Part shown: positions 27,084-36,325 of the stretch, in pieces
Layout of the letters: each line of letters opens with the position of its first letter
How positions within the stretch are numbered: position 1 is the stretch's first letter
IMG/VR virus record: IMGVR_UViG_2693429779_000010
Length of the DNA stretch: 46,997 nucleotides
Reading direction: 5' to 3' (one strand)
Source of the DNA: a virus
Taxonomy: Duplodnaviria; Heunggongvirae; Uroviricota; Caudoviricetes
Notes under the pieces: generated by a model
What the model was told of the DNA's origin: nothing
Database searches by the model: none
The model's input: only the letters and a program-made list of their open reading frames with translations
Position numbers and translations under genes: made by a program

Positions 27084-27586
27084 CAGCACAACTCCGCAAA
27101 GATTCGCGGGCGGCACAGAATGTCAGAGATGGCCCAGCTCACATCGCGCCACAAATCCGATGTCTGTATATCCAGTGCGTCCGCCCGGCGGTCGCCCTTG
27201 TCCGTTGTGTCCGCATCGCGGTAACGCTCCAGAATCAGGGCGCGTGTGGCGGTATAAACAGCATTGCGCCAGTGCCAGAGATTGACGCTTTCTCCGTTAA
27301 TTACAGGTGCCGGAACATCGGCCAGCGTCTGATGGCCAGCCGCCTGCTGTTCCTGCTGCCATGCTTCCAGCTCGCGGGTAACGTGTGCCACGGCCCCGGT
27401 GGCGGTATGCAGCAGGCGGGAGGTGGTCACGCGGCCCGGCAGTCGTACCGCCAGACGCAGCTCGCGCAGCACAATATCCGGCCAGAATGCACCCGCTGAA
27501 ATACGGGTATCGCCATCTTCGGTGTCGGTGATGTCGTCCTCTGCGGGTCCGGGTTCAGTTCTGGCAACCATACTCATGGGGTTCAC
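27083..27586 (-). CDS. L: Head completion/stabilization protein (gpL position)
   Basis: 167-aa ORF between M and X. Confidence 0.65.
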   Translation of the reverse strand: MNPMSMVARTEPGPAEDDITDTEDGDTRISAGAFWPDIVLRELRLAVRLPGRVTTSRLLHTATGAVAHVTRELEAWQQEQQAAGHQTLADVPAPVINGESVNLWHWRNAVYTATRALILERYRDADTTDKGDRRADALDIQTSDLWRDVSWAISDILCRPRIFAELC

Positions 27587-27678
27587 TCCTGAAAAAATCG
27601 GGCGGTGGGTGCGCGGTGTAAACGGTCACGGAGCCAAACCGGAACACCGCGCACGCCGCCCGCTGACGGGGTCAGTCG

Positions 27679-28479
27679 TTAACCGCGCTTCGCCTTCTGC
27701 GTCGCGGTGGTTTTTCGTGTTGCAGGCTTCCGCGTTGTCTTTTTACTTTCGCTGCTTTCGTCCTGCGCCTGCTGTGCGCTGGCGTCTTCTGGTGCGGCTG
27801 CGGAATCGGCTTTTTTCAGGGCGCGGGAAAGGGTTGCAATCTCGCGTTTCACACCTGCGTTCTGGTTCAGATGCATCGCTTCGCGCAGCAGCTTCAGTGA
27901 TGAGGCCATGCTGTCCGCATCGCTCAGGCCACGGCGGGCAAAGGCGCACGCCTTGCATAATTTGGCGCGCACTTCGTCCGGCATATCCTGGTTGGCGACA
28001 ATTTCCCAAAGTGTGTCCAGTGGTTCGATAAAGACGGACAAATCCGCGTCGGCATCCGTCCCGGCCTGCGTCAGTACCGGATTGCAGATTTCTTCGGTCA
28101 GCACTGTGGCAGCAGTACGGCCAAAGTTATCCGGCATGATGAGGTTGTGACGGACCGCATACGCACCAATACGCAGCGCAAGCGGAAGATCGCCGCAGTC
28201 AATCGCCCACACCATCAGCGTGGCAATCACTTCGTCCTGTTGCCCGCCGTCAGCCTCCAGCGTTCCCTCAATCCAGCCGGAAAAGTCCGGCAACAACGCT
28301 TTTTTGATGTCGGCTTTCGCGCTTCTGGCCTGTACGCCCTTAAGCCGGGCCTGTGCCAGACGCAGACGATACAGCACCTCTTCATGCGCGGTACGCGCGG
28401 CGTGGTCCACACCTTCATTCGCCCGGCCTGCGCGCTGTGCCATCACGTTCTGCCAGTGTTGCTGTGCAGGAGTAATCAT
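27679..28479 (-). CDS. M: Terminase small (endonuclease) subunit (gpM position)
   Basis: 266-aa ORF after the capsid gene; basic C-terminus. Confidence 0.65.
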   Translation of the reverse strand: MITPAQQHWQNVMAQRAGRANEGVDHAARTAHEEVLYRLRLAQARLKGVQARSAKADIKKALLPDFSGWIEGTLEADGGQQDEVIATLMVWAIDCGDLPLALRIGAYAVRHNLIMPDNFGRTAATVLTEEICNPVLTQAGTDADADLSVFIEPLDTLWEIVANQDMPDEVRAKLCKACAFARRGLSDADSMASSLKLLREAMHLNQNAGVKREIATLSRALKKADSAAAPEDASAQQAQDESSESKKTTRKPATRKTTATQKAKRG

Positions 28480-28524
28480 TTTTTCTCTCCGTTACAGGCG
28501 GGCATGATGCCCGCCGTGAGTTGA

Positions 28525-29577
28525 TTAGCTGTCGGCGAACTTCAGGCCAGTGACCATCGCGCACTTGCCATAGTCTTCAACGACATAAGCGTCATTGATG
28601 GACTGGTAGGTGGCGATGCGGTTGTATTCCGGTTCGTCTTTCATCAGACGACGCATTGAACCTTTCTGCCAGTAAATCGACAGGTTGTTGAATGAGGTGA
28701 TCAGCATCGTTGCATCCGGGAAGAACGGTGCAAGGAACACACCCAGCCCGCCAATGGTGCGCGATGACAGGATGAGCTGCCCGGCAAGTAATTCCGCATT
28801 GGGATTCTGGCCGCTGATGCTGTTCAGCACTGGCAGACGCAGCGAGTTAAACAGGTTGCGCCCCATAATCACCACGAGGTCGTCAGCTTCCTTGTGCCAT
28901 TCATCCAGCAGAGATGAGCGCGCGTCCTGTACCAGTGCATCAGGGTTCGCGTATTTACCCGCGTGCGCCACGGTGTTGTCCATGTTGCGGGAAGTCAGCG
29001 TCACGTCATTCATTACGCGCTCGCTGGCATTGGTTCTGATGTGCTCCAGCCACCCCACGTTAACGTCCTGAAGCAGCTTGTTGGTGCTGAAGTTGGACTC
29101 ATCCGCGTGAGATGTGCCGTTGAAACCGATCATGATGCGGTCAAGTGCCACCTGTCGGGCAATCTGTGCGCTGATGCGGGACTGAAAATCGCTGTGTGCC
29201 GACCAGGCATCAAGCTGCGGATACGAAATAAACGTGTCGTAGTTCACCTGTTCGCACTGGTATTTGCGGTTTTTCAGATCAACCACGTTATTCGGGTTAC
29301 GGCGTTTTGTTCCGTCATAACTGGTATTTGTGCGTGCAATCGGTCCTGTGGTGTCCAGGAGGATTTTTTCGCCTTTCTGGTCGGTCACGCCGATCACGTT
29401 AATTTTTTTTGTAAGTTCGGTGCTATCCTTTGAGGCGTTTTCAAAACGTTGCTGCACCGCAGGTTCCACGGTAAATCGCGATACCAGTGCAGAAACCGGG
29501 ATATTGTTAAGCGACGCCTGCTGCGCCATATAGCAACCCAGCTTGTTGCGGGTAATATCTGACATCACCAGATTCAT
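28525..29577 (-). CDS. N: Major capsid protein (gpN position)
   Basis: 350-aa ORF after the scaffold gene. Confidence 0.8.
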   Translation of the reverse strand: MNLVMSDITRNKLGCYMAQQASLNNIPVSALVSRFTVEPAVQQRFENASKDSTELTKKINVIGVTDQKGEKILLDTTGPIARTNTSYDGTKRRNPNNVVDLKNRKYQCEQVNYDTFISYPQLDAWSAHSDFQSRISAQIARQVALDRIMIGFNGTSHADESNFSTNKLLQDVNVGWLEHIRTNASERVMNDVTLTSRNMDNTVAHAGKYANPDALVQDARSSLLDEWHKEADDLVVIMGRNLFNSLRLPVLNSISGQNPNAELLAGQLILSSRTIGGLGVFLAPFFPDATMLITSFNNLSIYWQKGSMRRLMKDEPEYNRIATYQSINDAYVVEDYGKCAMVTGLKFADS

Positions 29578-29600
29578 AAAAAATTTGCTCCTTTGTCTTA

Positions 29601-30437
29601 TCAGAAGTCAGCCAGCTGGTCGGAGGCTGCGCCCGTTGCGGTGAACCGGTTCTGCGGATCGCCGTCCTGCGTGCGCAGTTTTTCCTTCAGTGCTGTCAGC
29701 TCCGTGGTCAGTAAAGTGATTTTCTGGCTGTCCTGCTGATGGCGTGTTTCCAGCGCATTAAAACGGTCGATAATGTCGGCCTGTGACGTTGCGACGCTTT
29801 CCACCGCTTCCTGAATACGGGAGAAACTGGCGTCATCCGCTTTGCGGCCACGACCAATAATCCCCATTACGCGGTTAAACCACTGGGTGCCTTCTTCCTG
29901 GCGTTGTTCTGCCATTTCGATGATTTCAGACTCGATGGCTTCGGAGATAAGCGGTGCTTCACCCTGGATACTGTTGAACGTCATCACCGCCTGACGTTGC
30001 TGTGCCGTGAATTTCAGGCGCTCAGTGCCCAGGCTTGCCGGGGTGTCGGTCATCGCCAGCCCGACCAGATAGGCGCGCCCGTTAACGGAGAACTGCGGGT
30101 GCAGTTCGATACTGGAATAGATTTTCTTGCCGTCCGCGACAAGCTGCTTCATGCGCTCGGTCGGTTCGATTTCTGCATACAGCGCAGTACGTCCGGCCAG
30201 CGGACCTTCCGTAATGTCTTCCGTACTCAGTGCGGTGACATCGCCCATTGCGGAAAATTCGCTTGACGGGCATGGCGAGAGATAGTGCTCAACGTTCACG
30301 CGGGCAGCGTAAACATCCGGGTTGAAGTTCTCGGCGGCTTCACGCAGATGCACCGGACTGATTTCACGGCCATCAACAGTTGATCCGGAGACAGCCACGC
30401 GAAACTTTTTGCGGGATGTCTTTTTTTCATTAGCCAT
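29601..30437 (-). CDS. O: Capsid scaffolding protein (P2 gpO homolog)
   Basis: Start at internal ATG 30435-30437 (MANEKKTSRKKFRVAVSGSTVDGREIS...) aligns with recalled P2 O N-terminus; GAGGGG RBS; track ORF extends to 30470. Confidence 0.75.
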   Translation of the reverse strand: MANEKKTSRKKFRVAVSGSTVDGREISPVHLREAAENFNPDVYAARVNVEHYLSPCPSSEFSAMGDVTALSTEDITEGPLAGRTALYAEIEPTERMKQLVADGKKIYSSIELHPQFSVNGRAYLVGLAMTDTPASLGTERLKFTAQQRQAVMTFNSIQGEAPLISEAIESEIIEMAEQRQEEGTQWFNRVMGIIGRGRKADDASFSRIQEAVESVATSQADIIDRFNALETRHQQDSQKITLLTTELTALKEKLRTQDGDPQNRFTATGAASDQLADF

Positions 30438-30591
30438 AGTTTTTGCCCCTCTGACTGGTTCTTCAGTCATGATGGCAAAGCGTAACAGGCTGATACAAAG
30501 GGCTTTTGTTGTAAGAAAACGGCCAGAACAGGGGGTTAAGGAGAACGGTTTCGCGCGCGGGTAATCTTCCTGTAATTACTCAGGGGGAGCA
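30438..30591. promoter_or_regulatory. Divergent late promoter region between O and P (putative)
   Basis: 154-bp gap between divergent late operons; contains TGT...ACA dyads but not at the N12 spacing recalled for P2 late promoters. Confidence 0.3.
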
Positions 30592-32343
30592 ATGATTCAG
30601 GACGCTTTTGTGCGCCAGCGTGCGCGGCAACTTTACTGGCAGGGTTATCCGCCCGCAGAAATATCACGTCTGATGGGAATAAACCCGAACACGATTTATG
30701 CGTGGAAAAAACGCGACCAGTGGGATGAAACGCCACCCGTGCAGCGTGTCACGCAGTCCATCGATGCGCGCCTCATCCAGCTTACTGAAAAACAGAATAA
30801 AACAGGTGGTGACTTTAAGGAAATAGACCTGCTGACCCGGCAGCTTAAAAAACTGCATGATGGCCAGCCGGATGCGACGGCCACAGGAAAGAAAGGCCGG
30901 GCGAAAAAACTCAAAAATCATTTCACGCCGGAACAGATTGCCGCACTGCGGGAAAAAATCATCAGCAGGCTGGAGTGGCATCAGCGGGGCTGGTTTGACT
31001 CCCTGACGCTTTGCAGGGAAGCCGGGATACGTAACAGGATGATCCTGAAATCCCGACAGATTGGGGCGACCTGGTATTTTGCACAGGAAGCACTGCTGAT
31101 GGCGCTGCGTGACGATGTGGCACAACCTTACCAGCGTAACCAGATTTTTTTGTCTGCGTCGCGTCGTCAGGCGTTCCAGTTTAAAAGCATTATTCAGAAG
31201 GCCGCGGCTGAAGTCGATGTGGAGCTGAAAGGGGGCGATAAAATCATCCTCTCCAACGGCGCAGAGATGCATTTTCTCGGCACTTCTGCTGCGACGGCGC
31301 AATCTTACACGGGCAATTTTTATTTTGATGAATTTTTCTGGGTCAGTCGCTTTGCTGAACTGCGCAAGGTGGCTGGCGCTATGGCAACCCTCAGCGGACT
31401 GCGGCGCACCTGCTTCTCCACGCCATCCACCGAAACGCACGAGGCATACGCCTACTGGAACGGCGACCGCTGGAACGAGAAAAAGGCCGCGCATAAACGC
31501 CAGCGTTTTTCTGTGGACTGGAAAACGCTGCATAACGGGCTTATCTGCCCTGACCGGACGTGGCGGCAAATTGTCACGCTGGAAGATGTGGTTAATCACG
31601 GCTGGAAACACACCGATATTGATGAAATTCGTGATGAAAACACCGAAGACGAGTTCCGCAATCTCTATATGTGTGAGTTTGTCCGCGAAGGGGAATCGGC
31701 ATTTAACCTGAATATCCTGATTGGCTGCGGTGTTGACGGATACGACGACTGGAAAGACTGGAAACCCTTTGCCCCCCGCCCGATGGGGAATCGTCCGGTA
31801 TGGATTGGGTATGACGCAAACGGCAGCAGTGGTAACGGCGACAGCGGCGCTGTGTCCGTGGTGGTTCCTCCGGCTGTTCCTGGTGGTCGTTTCAGAACGG
31901 TGGAGACGCGACGCGTTCAGGGGCTGGAATTTGAAGAGCAGGCCAGAGTTATTGAAGAGTTCACGTATCGCTACAACGTGGAACACATCGGCATTGATGC
32001 GACGGGAGGGCACGGGGATGCCGTCTATCAGATAGTGAAACGGTTTTTTCCCGCCGCCATCCCTTACACCTTCACGCTGTCATCAAAACGGTCGCTGGTA
32101 CTGAAAATGCTGCAAATAATGCGTGCCGGGCGGTGGGAATACGATCGCGCCGAACGCGAGCTGGTTGCGGCCTTTAACGCCGTGCGTAAGGTGAAAACAC
32201 CGGGCGGTTTTATCACTTACGAAACGGACCGCGCGAGGGGGATCAGCCACGGCGACCTTGCGTGGGCAACCATGCTTGCTGTCATTAACGAACCGATTGG
32301 CGGCGAAGGAGAAAACGAGCGTTTCACGGTTATGGAGTTCTGA
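30592..32343 (+). CDS. P: Terminase large (ATPase) subunit (P2 gpP homolog)
   Basis: 583 aa; divergent from O and followed by portal gene as in P2. Confidence 0.85.
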   Translation: MIQDAFVRQRARQLYWQGYPPAEISRLMGINPNTIYAWKKRDQWDETPPVQRVTQSIDARLIQLTEKQNKTGGDFKEIDLLTRQLKKLHDGQPDATATGKKGRAKKLKNHFTPEQIAALREKIISRLEWHQRGWFDSLTLCREAGIRNRMILKSRQIGATWYFAQEALLMALRDDVAQPYQRNQIFLSASRRQAFQFKSIIQKAAAEVDVELKGGDKIILSNGAEMHFLGTSAATAQSYTGNFYFDEFFWVSRFAELRKVAGAMATLSGLRRTCFSTPSTETHEAYAYWNGDRWNEKKAAHKRQRFSVDWKTLHNGLICPDRTWRQIVTLEDVVNHGWKHTDIDEIRDENTEDEFRNLYMCEFVREGESAFNLNILIGCGVDGYDDWKDWKPFAPRPMGNRPVWIGYDANGSSGNGDSGAVSVVVPPAVPGGRFRTVETRRVQGLEFEEQARVIEEFTYRYNVEHIGIDATGGHGDAVYQIVKRFFPAAIPYTFTLSSKRSLVLKMLQIMRAGRWEYDRAERELVAAFNAVRKVKTPGGFITYETDRARGISHGDLAWATMLAVINEPIGGEGENERFTVMEF

Positions 32344-33389
32344 TGAGCAGAAAAAATAAAAAAGTGCGCATGAGTTCACGCATTGATCTCGCTGATGCGC
32401 TCAGGAAAGAATCGTCGCTCAGTGCATTCACATTTGATGGTCCTTACCGCCTGACCGGGCATGACCTGCTGGACAATATGTACTGTGCTGATAACGGGCG
32501 GTGGTATGAAACCCCGGTGGACTGGTACGGTCTGGCAAGAGCTGCCCGGCAAACGTCCTGGCATCAGTCTGCGCTTTACTTTAAGCGCAATGTATTGCTC
32601 GGCTGCTATATTCCGCACCCGCTGCTTTCCCGGCAGGATTTCTCGGCGCTGGCGCTGGACTGGTTTGTGTTCGGTAACGCATTCCTTGAGCTTCGGAGCA
32701 ATATGCTCGGCGAACCGCTTAAATTACGGCACGCCCTGGCGAAATACATGCGACGCGGAAGCGATCTTGAATCATGGTGGTATGTGCAGGATGGCAAGGA
32801 TGCGTTTCAGTTTCGTCCTGGCAAAGTGTGCCACCTGATGAATCCGGATATTAACCAGGAAATCTACGGCATGCCGGAATATCTTGGCGCATTACTCTCG
32901 GCCAGCCTTTCTCATTCGGCGGACATGTTCAGAAAACTGTACTACGACAACGGATCCCACGCCGGGTGCATCATCTACATCGGTGCAGCGCAGGTAAACC
33001 GCGAAAGCATGGACTCCCTGAAAGAAACGCTACAGGGGGCACGTGGTGGTGGTGCGTTTAAAAACGTGCTCATTCATGCGCCCAACGGGGGCAAAGAGGG
33101 GGTGCAAATTTTGCCGTTCCAGCAGATCACCGCAAAGGATGAGTTCATGAATGTTAAGGCGGCATCCCGTGATGATGTGCTGGCTGCGCACCGCGTTCCG
33201 CCGCAACTGATGGGGGCGATGCCGGGCGAAAAAAGTGCGTTTGGTGATGTGGAGAAGGCCGCGCGGGTTTACGCAATTAACGAGCTGATGCCCGTCATGG
33301 AGGCCATGAAGCACATCAATGACTGGCTTGGCGAAGAGGTGATCCGCTTTAACCCTTACGCACTGTTAGACACCCAGCCCACATCCTGA
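32343..33389 (+). CDS. Q: Portal protein (P2 gpQ homolog)
   Basis: 348 aa; start overlaps P stop. Confidence 0.85.
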   Translation: MSRKNKKVRMSSRIDLADALRKESSLSAFTFDGPYRLTGHDLLDNMYCADNGRWYETPVDWYGLARAARQTSWHQSALYFKRNVLLGCYIPHPLLSRQDFSALALDWFVFGNAFLELRSNMLGEPLKLRHALAKYMRRGSDLESWWYVQDGKDAFQFRPGKVCHLMNPDINQEIYGMPEYLGALLSASLSHSADMFRKLYYDNGSHAGCIIYIGAAQVNRESMDSLKETLQGARGGGAFKNVLIHAPNGGKEGVQILPFQQITAKDEFMNVKAASRDDVLAAHRVPPQLMGAMPGEKSAFGDVEKAARVYAINELMPVMEAMKHINDWLGEEVIRFNPYALLDTQPTS

Positions 33390-33860
33390 CGCGCTTCGCT
33401 TGTCTGCTGCTTCGCCGGGGCATAAAAAATTTATGCCCCGACTCTCCAGCTCCTGTATCAGTCAGATAATTTCACGACGCTTTCCTGCTGATTGCCATCA
33501 TCGACAGTCAGACTCTTACGCAATCCCACCTCGTTGACTGCATATTCTCGCCGTCTCAGTGCGATTTTGACGGCCTTACCTTTCACCCCATCAAATCAAA
33601 AGCCCTCACGTCTTTTTCACGCTCAGCGTGAGAAATACAGCCATTCTGTTGTATCTCTGCGACATCGTTCAGGGAATGCTATTTACCCCCTGAAACGCGG
33701 GCTGTTCCCCCGTCACCTGCGCGCAGAAAAAACGCGTTTTTTTGTGCATGCACGGATCCTTGACGGATCCAGCCGCCACGCGGGCCGGAAGGGCAAAAAG
33801 TCGTTCAAAAAAATTGTGCAAATTTGTGCACTATTGTGCATTTATAAAATCAACTAAAAA
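33390..33860. other. Non-coding region after the portal gene; candidate cos/packaging region
   Basis: No credible ORF; hairpin GGGGCATAAA-aaa-TTTATGCCCC (33417-33439), palindrome A6CGCGT7 (33725-33740), direct repeat CGGATCC x2, TTGTGCA x4 (three at 10-bp phasing, 33814-33840), GC-rich GCCGCCACGCGGGCCGGAAGGGC. P2 places cos next to Q. Confidence 0.35.
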
Positions 33861-33880
33861 ACACCTAGTGTGACTTACCT

Positions 33881-34066
33881 CTACCACTCGATCGGCACGT
33901 AGTCATTAAGTTCCGGAGACCAATTGCACTTTTCACATCTGTGTTTTCCATTCTGGCAGATACATAAACGATAACGGCCACAATGCGGGCACCCATTTTC
34001 ACCATTATCATAATCACCGAGCGACCATTCCTGCATAAGCAGCTCTTCTTCATCATCATTTAGCAT
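33881..34066 (-). CDS. Small Cys-rich (zinc-ribbon-like) protein, unknown function
   Basis: 61 aa with CPHC-x5-CIC-x6-CEKC; AAGGGGG RBS 5 nt before ATG; last gene of the parM-led cluster. Confidence 0.5.
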   Translation of the reverse strand: MLNDDEEELLMQEWSLGDYDNGENGCPHCGRYRLCICQNGKHRCEKCNWSPELNDYVPIEW

Positions 34067-34080
34067 TAATCCCCCTTGAG

Positions 34081-34320
34081 CTATTTACTCTTCTCGGCCC
34101 TCAAAATCATACGAGAACCATCATCCAGCTCCCAATTAATTTCACCGCCTTCTGCCATGACTAGATGCCAAACGAGTTGAGCGGCCTCGTTGGTTACATC
34201 GCGACCGCGATCATTTCCTACGCGGCGTTTTGTTCCGTCTCCTAAGTCACGCATTTTTGCCAATACGATGGTTTTTGATAGCGGTGAAAAACCAAGCTGT
34301 AGTCGTGCTGAATTACTCAC
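34081..34320 (-). CDS. Hypothetical protein (79 aa)
   Basis: GTG start overlaps the stop of the upstream 174-aa ORF (GTGA), suggesting translational coupling. Confidence 0.45.
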   Translation of the reverse strand: MSNSARLQLGFSPLSKTIVLAKMRDLGDGTKRRVGNDRGRDVTNEAAQLVWHLVMAEGGEINWELDDGSRMILRAEKSK

Positions 34321-34841
34321 TGGCTGCCCCCTTTGTACTGTGTTAACTCTTCCTGCTCCTGCATCATGCGATTGACCTGAACGCGTGTGCGTCGAACGGC
34401 AAAATTAAATTGAAACATGAGCCGGAACATTTCTGATGCTTCCGTGTGAGCATCACGGATAGGTGACAGGCGGTACAGTTCTGCCTCCGTAGCTTGTTGA
34501 ATCAATGACAGATCAAATTGAAGTGCGGGTCTGGTACATTTTGCACATCTGGCAGCAAGCTCCGGTATTAGTCTCTTAACGAAGGTGTTTTGCACCGCTT
34601 TGTTGATTTGTGTCTGCATCCAAATCGCAAATTTCAGCGAACGCATAAGTTTGATAGCCTCGGGCAGCGGCAGATAGATCATGCTGGTAGATTTGGGTGG
34701 TTGGTGAACCATCTTCACGGATACGCGATTTCGCAGCGTTCGGAAAATCGTGTTCCCAACAACAGCTTCTACGGATACAGGACAGGGAGCCAGACCAGCC
34801 CGCAGTGCTTCTTTCATTAGCATGTATTCGTATTTTTTCAT
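34317..34841 (-). CDS. Hypothetical protein (174 aa)
   Basis: GAGGAA RBS 6-7 nt before ATG; no recognisable motif. Confidence 0.5.
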   Translation of the reverse strand: MKKYEYMLMKEALRAGLAPCPVSVEAVVGNTIFRTLRNRVSVKMVHQPPKSTSMIYLPLPEAIKLMRSLKFAIWMQTQINKAVQNTFVKRLIPELAARCAKCTRPALQFDLSLIQQATEAELYRLSPIRDAHTEASEMFRLMFQFNFAVRRTRVQVNRMMQEQEELTQYKGGSQ

Positions 34842-34901
34842 CGTGTTTTCCTCGTGCGGGGCGACAGTGCACCCCGATAAAATTAAAAGCCGTCAAATTC
34901 G

Positions 34902-35213
34902 TCATTCAGGAAATAATGCCCGGATATTCCCTGCTATCTGACTGGTTATCTGTGCGGTTGGTACTGGCTGTGGCACGGGGCGTTCTGTCCTGGTTTGTGT
35001 CACCGATAACGCCTCATCGTCAGCCCATGCAGCCAGTCGGTAAGCCTCTGCTGGATTCATTTTCAGAAGTGCCAGCCCGGCCAGAAAAGCCACGCGTTGG
35101 CCGCTTTTGCGGGCTTCTGGTGTAAGGCTGCCCAGCCAGGCGCATGCTTCGCTTTCGTTCTTGACGGCCGCAGGCTTCAGATAGAAACTTATCCGTCTGG
35201 TTGGTGTCGTCAT
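34902..35213 (-). CDS. parR: ParR/StbB-like centromere-binding protein (putative)
   Basis: Internal ATG at 35211-35213 with AAGGAG RBS, 4 nt after parM stop; MTTPTRRISFYLKP...RVAFLAGLAL... parallels recalled R1 ParR (RRTIAFKLNP...ALTAGLAL). Confidence 0.55.
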   Translation of the reverse strand: MTTPTRRISFYLKPAAVKNESEACAWLGSLTPEARKSGQRVAFLAGLALLKMNPAEAYRLAAWADDEALSVTQTRTERPVPQPVPTAQITSQIAGNIRALFPE

Positions 35214-35217
35214 TGGT

Positions 35218-36177
35218 TTACTCCTTGTCCATTGCGTACAGCCCATTAACCAGAGCAAACTGTGGCACCCCGTCCGCGATGAAAGTCGCATTAACTCCGC
35301 AGGCTTCGCGGATAGCGGGTGCCACAATCTCCGCCCCTCCACCGACAACCATCACCCGCCCGTAACCCGAAAAACCCGCCAGCGCGCGGATCACGCGTTG
35401 TTTCAGTGTTTCTTCCTTTTCACGAATAACCGCCATCAGGCTGGCGTAATGCGCGTCATTGTGGATGTGCTGGCGCAGCCAGGCTTCATCATGGCGATGT
35501 TCGATAATGGTATTGGCGATGTGGTGACTGGTGCGCATACCGTTAGTGGCCATCACCGACAGTACGGCATCGGCCATCAGAGAAACGCCTACGTGTGGAT
35601 CGCAAAACACCTGGCTGATACCTGCCAGTTGCCCCTGAACCTTTGCCACATCCAGCGTGGTTCCGCCCAAATCCACAATCAGCAGGGATTCAAACGGACT
35701 CATGTCAGCCAGTGCCTTAAAGCCAGCCGGAATGGATTCAGGCATAACCCGCACGTTACGGATAGTGAATGCTTCGCCGTTCTGGTACTCCACCGGGCGC
35801 ATAACGTTCGCTTTTTTGCGGTTGATGTTGGCCATGTCCGGCTGTGCGTTTGTGTCGAAATACTCGCTCAGTGGCAGGGGGACAACCACATCCACCTCCT
35901 GTGGCGTGATGCCTGATTTGACCAGCGCGTGATGAATGGCAATGACATTTACATCGCTGTACTGGTATTGCGTGTCGGTTGTCTGGACAAAGCGATCGCT
36001 GACCGGATCAAAACCATAGCGCACGCCATCAAGCATGTAGTTCGCGGGCTGCATGCCACCGAACGGCGCAGACCATTCCGACTTGAAGCTGTTCGGGCTG
36101 ATGGCGTTGCGGCGTTCGCCGTTCTCAGTCCATGCCAGCTTGATGTTGGTGGAGCCGTCGTCGATACAAATTTTCAT
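35218..36177 (-). CDS. parM: ParM/StbA-like actin-type ATPase
   Basis: MKICIDDGSTNIKLAW...ISPNSFK...YQYSDVNVIAIHHAL...VMPESIPAGF...LLIVDLGGTTLDV...GISQV...VMVVGGGAEIV...LVNGLYAM matches recalled R1 ParM along its full length. Confidence 0.8.
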   Translation of the reverse strand: MKICIDDGSTNIKLAWTENGERRNAISPNSFKSEWSAPFGGMQPANYMLDGVRYGFDPVSDRFVQTTDTQYQYSDVNVIAIHHALVKSGITPQEVDVVVPLPLSEYFDTNAQPDMANINRKKANVMRPVEYQNGEAFTIRNVRVMPESIPAGFKALADMSPFESLLIVDLGGTTLDVAKVQGQLAGISQVFCDPHVGVSLMADAVLSVMATNGMRTSHHIANTIIEHRHDEAWLRQHIHNDAHYASLMAVIREKEETLKQRVIRALAGFSGYGRVMVVGGGAEIVAPAIREACGVNATFIADGVPQFALVNGLYAMDKE

Positions 36178-36210
36178 GTCGCTTTTCCTTATGTTGATTA
36201 ATTAATCGTT

Positions 36211-36325
36211 TACGGGATTCTGAAATCCCGTTTTTGCCTGTTTTGTGCGCGCTTCATATATCGCTGCGCGTTTTTTGCTCATTTACGGGATTCGTGAGTC
36301 CCGTTTCTGTCTGTTTTTTGTTTCC
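36211..36325. repeat. Two ~40-bp direct repeats (70-bp period), each with a dyad ACGGGAnTC...TCCCGT and a T-run; candidate parC-like site or regulatory hairpins
   Basis: 36211-36249 TTTACGGGATTCTGAAATCCCGTTTTTGCCTGTTTTGTG and 36281-36325 ATTTACGGGATTCGTGAGTCCCGTTTCTGTCTGTTTTTTGTTTCC; first is between A stop and parM start, second is inside the last codons of A. Confidence 0.6.

Noticed and set aside
33417-33439. Hairpin after the portal gene as a rho-independent terminator
   Set aside because: Strong stem but no adjacent U-tract on either strand; folded into the candidate cos region instead.
34576-34905. 109-aa minus-strand ORF overlapping the 174-aa gene
   Set aside because: Alternative frame of the same region; the 174-aa ORF has the RBS and operon-consistent spacing.
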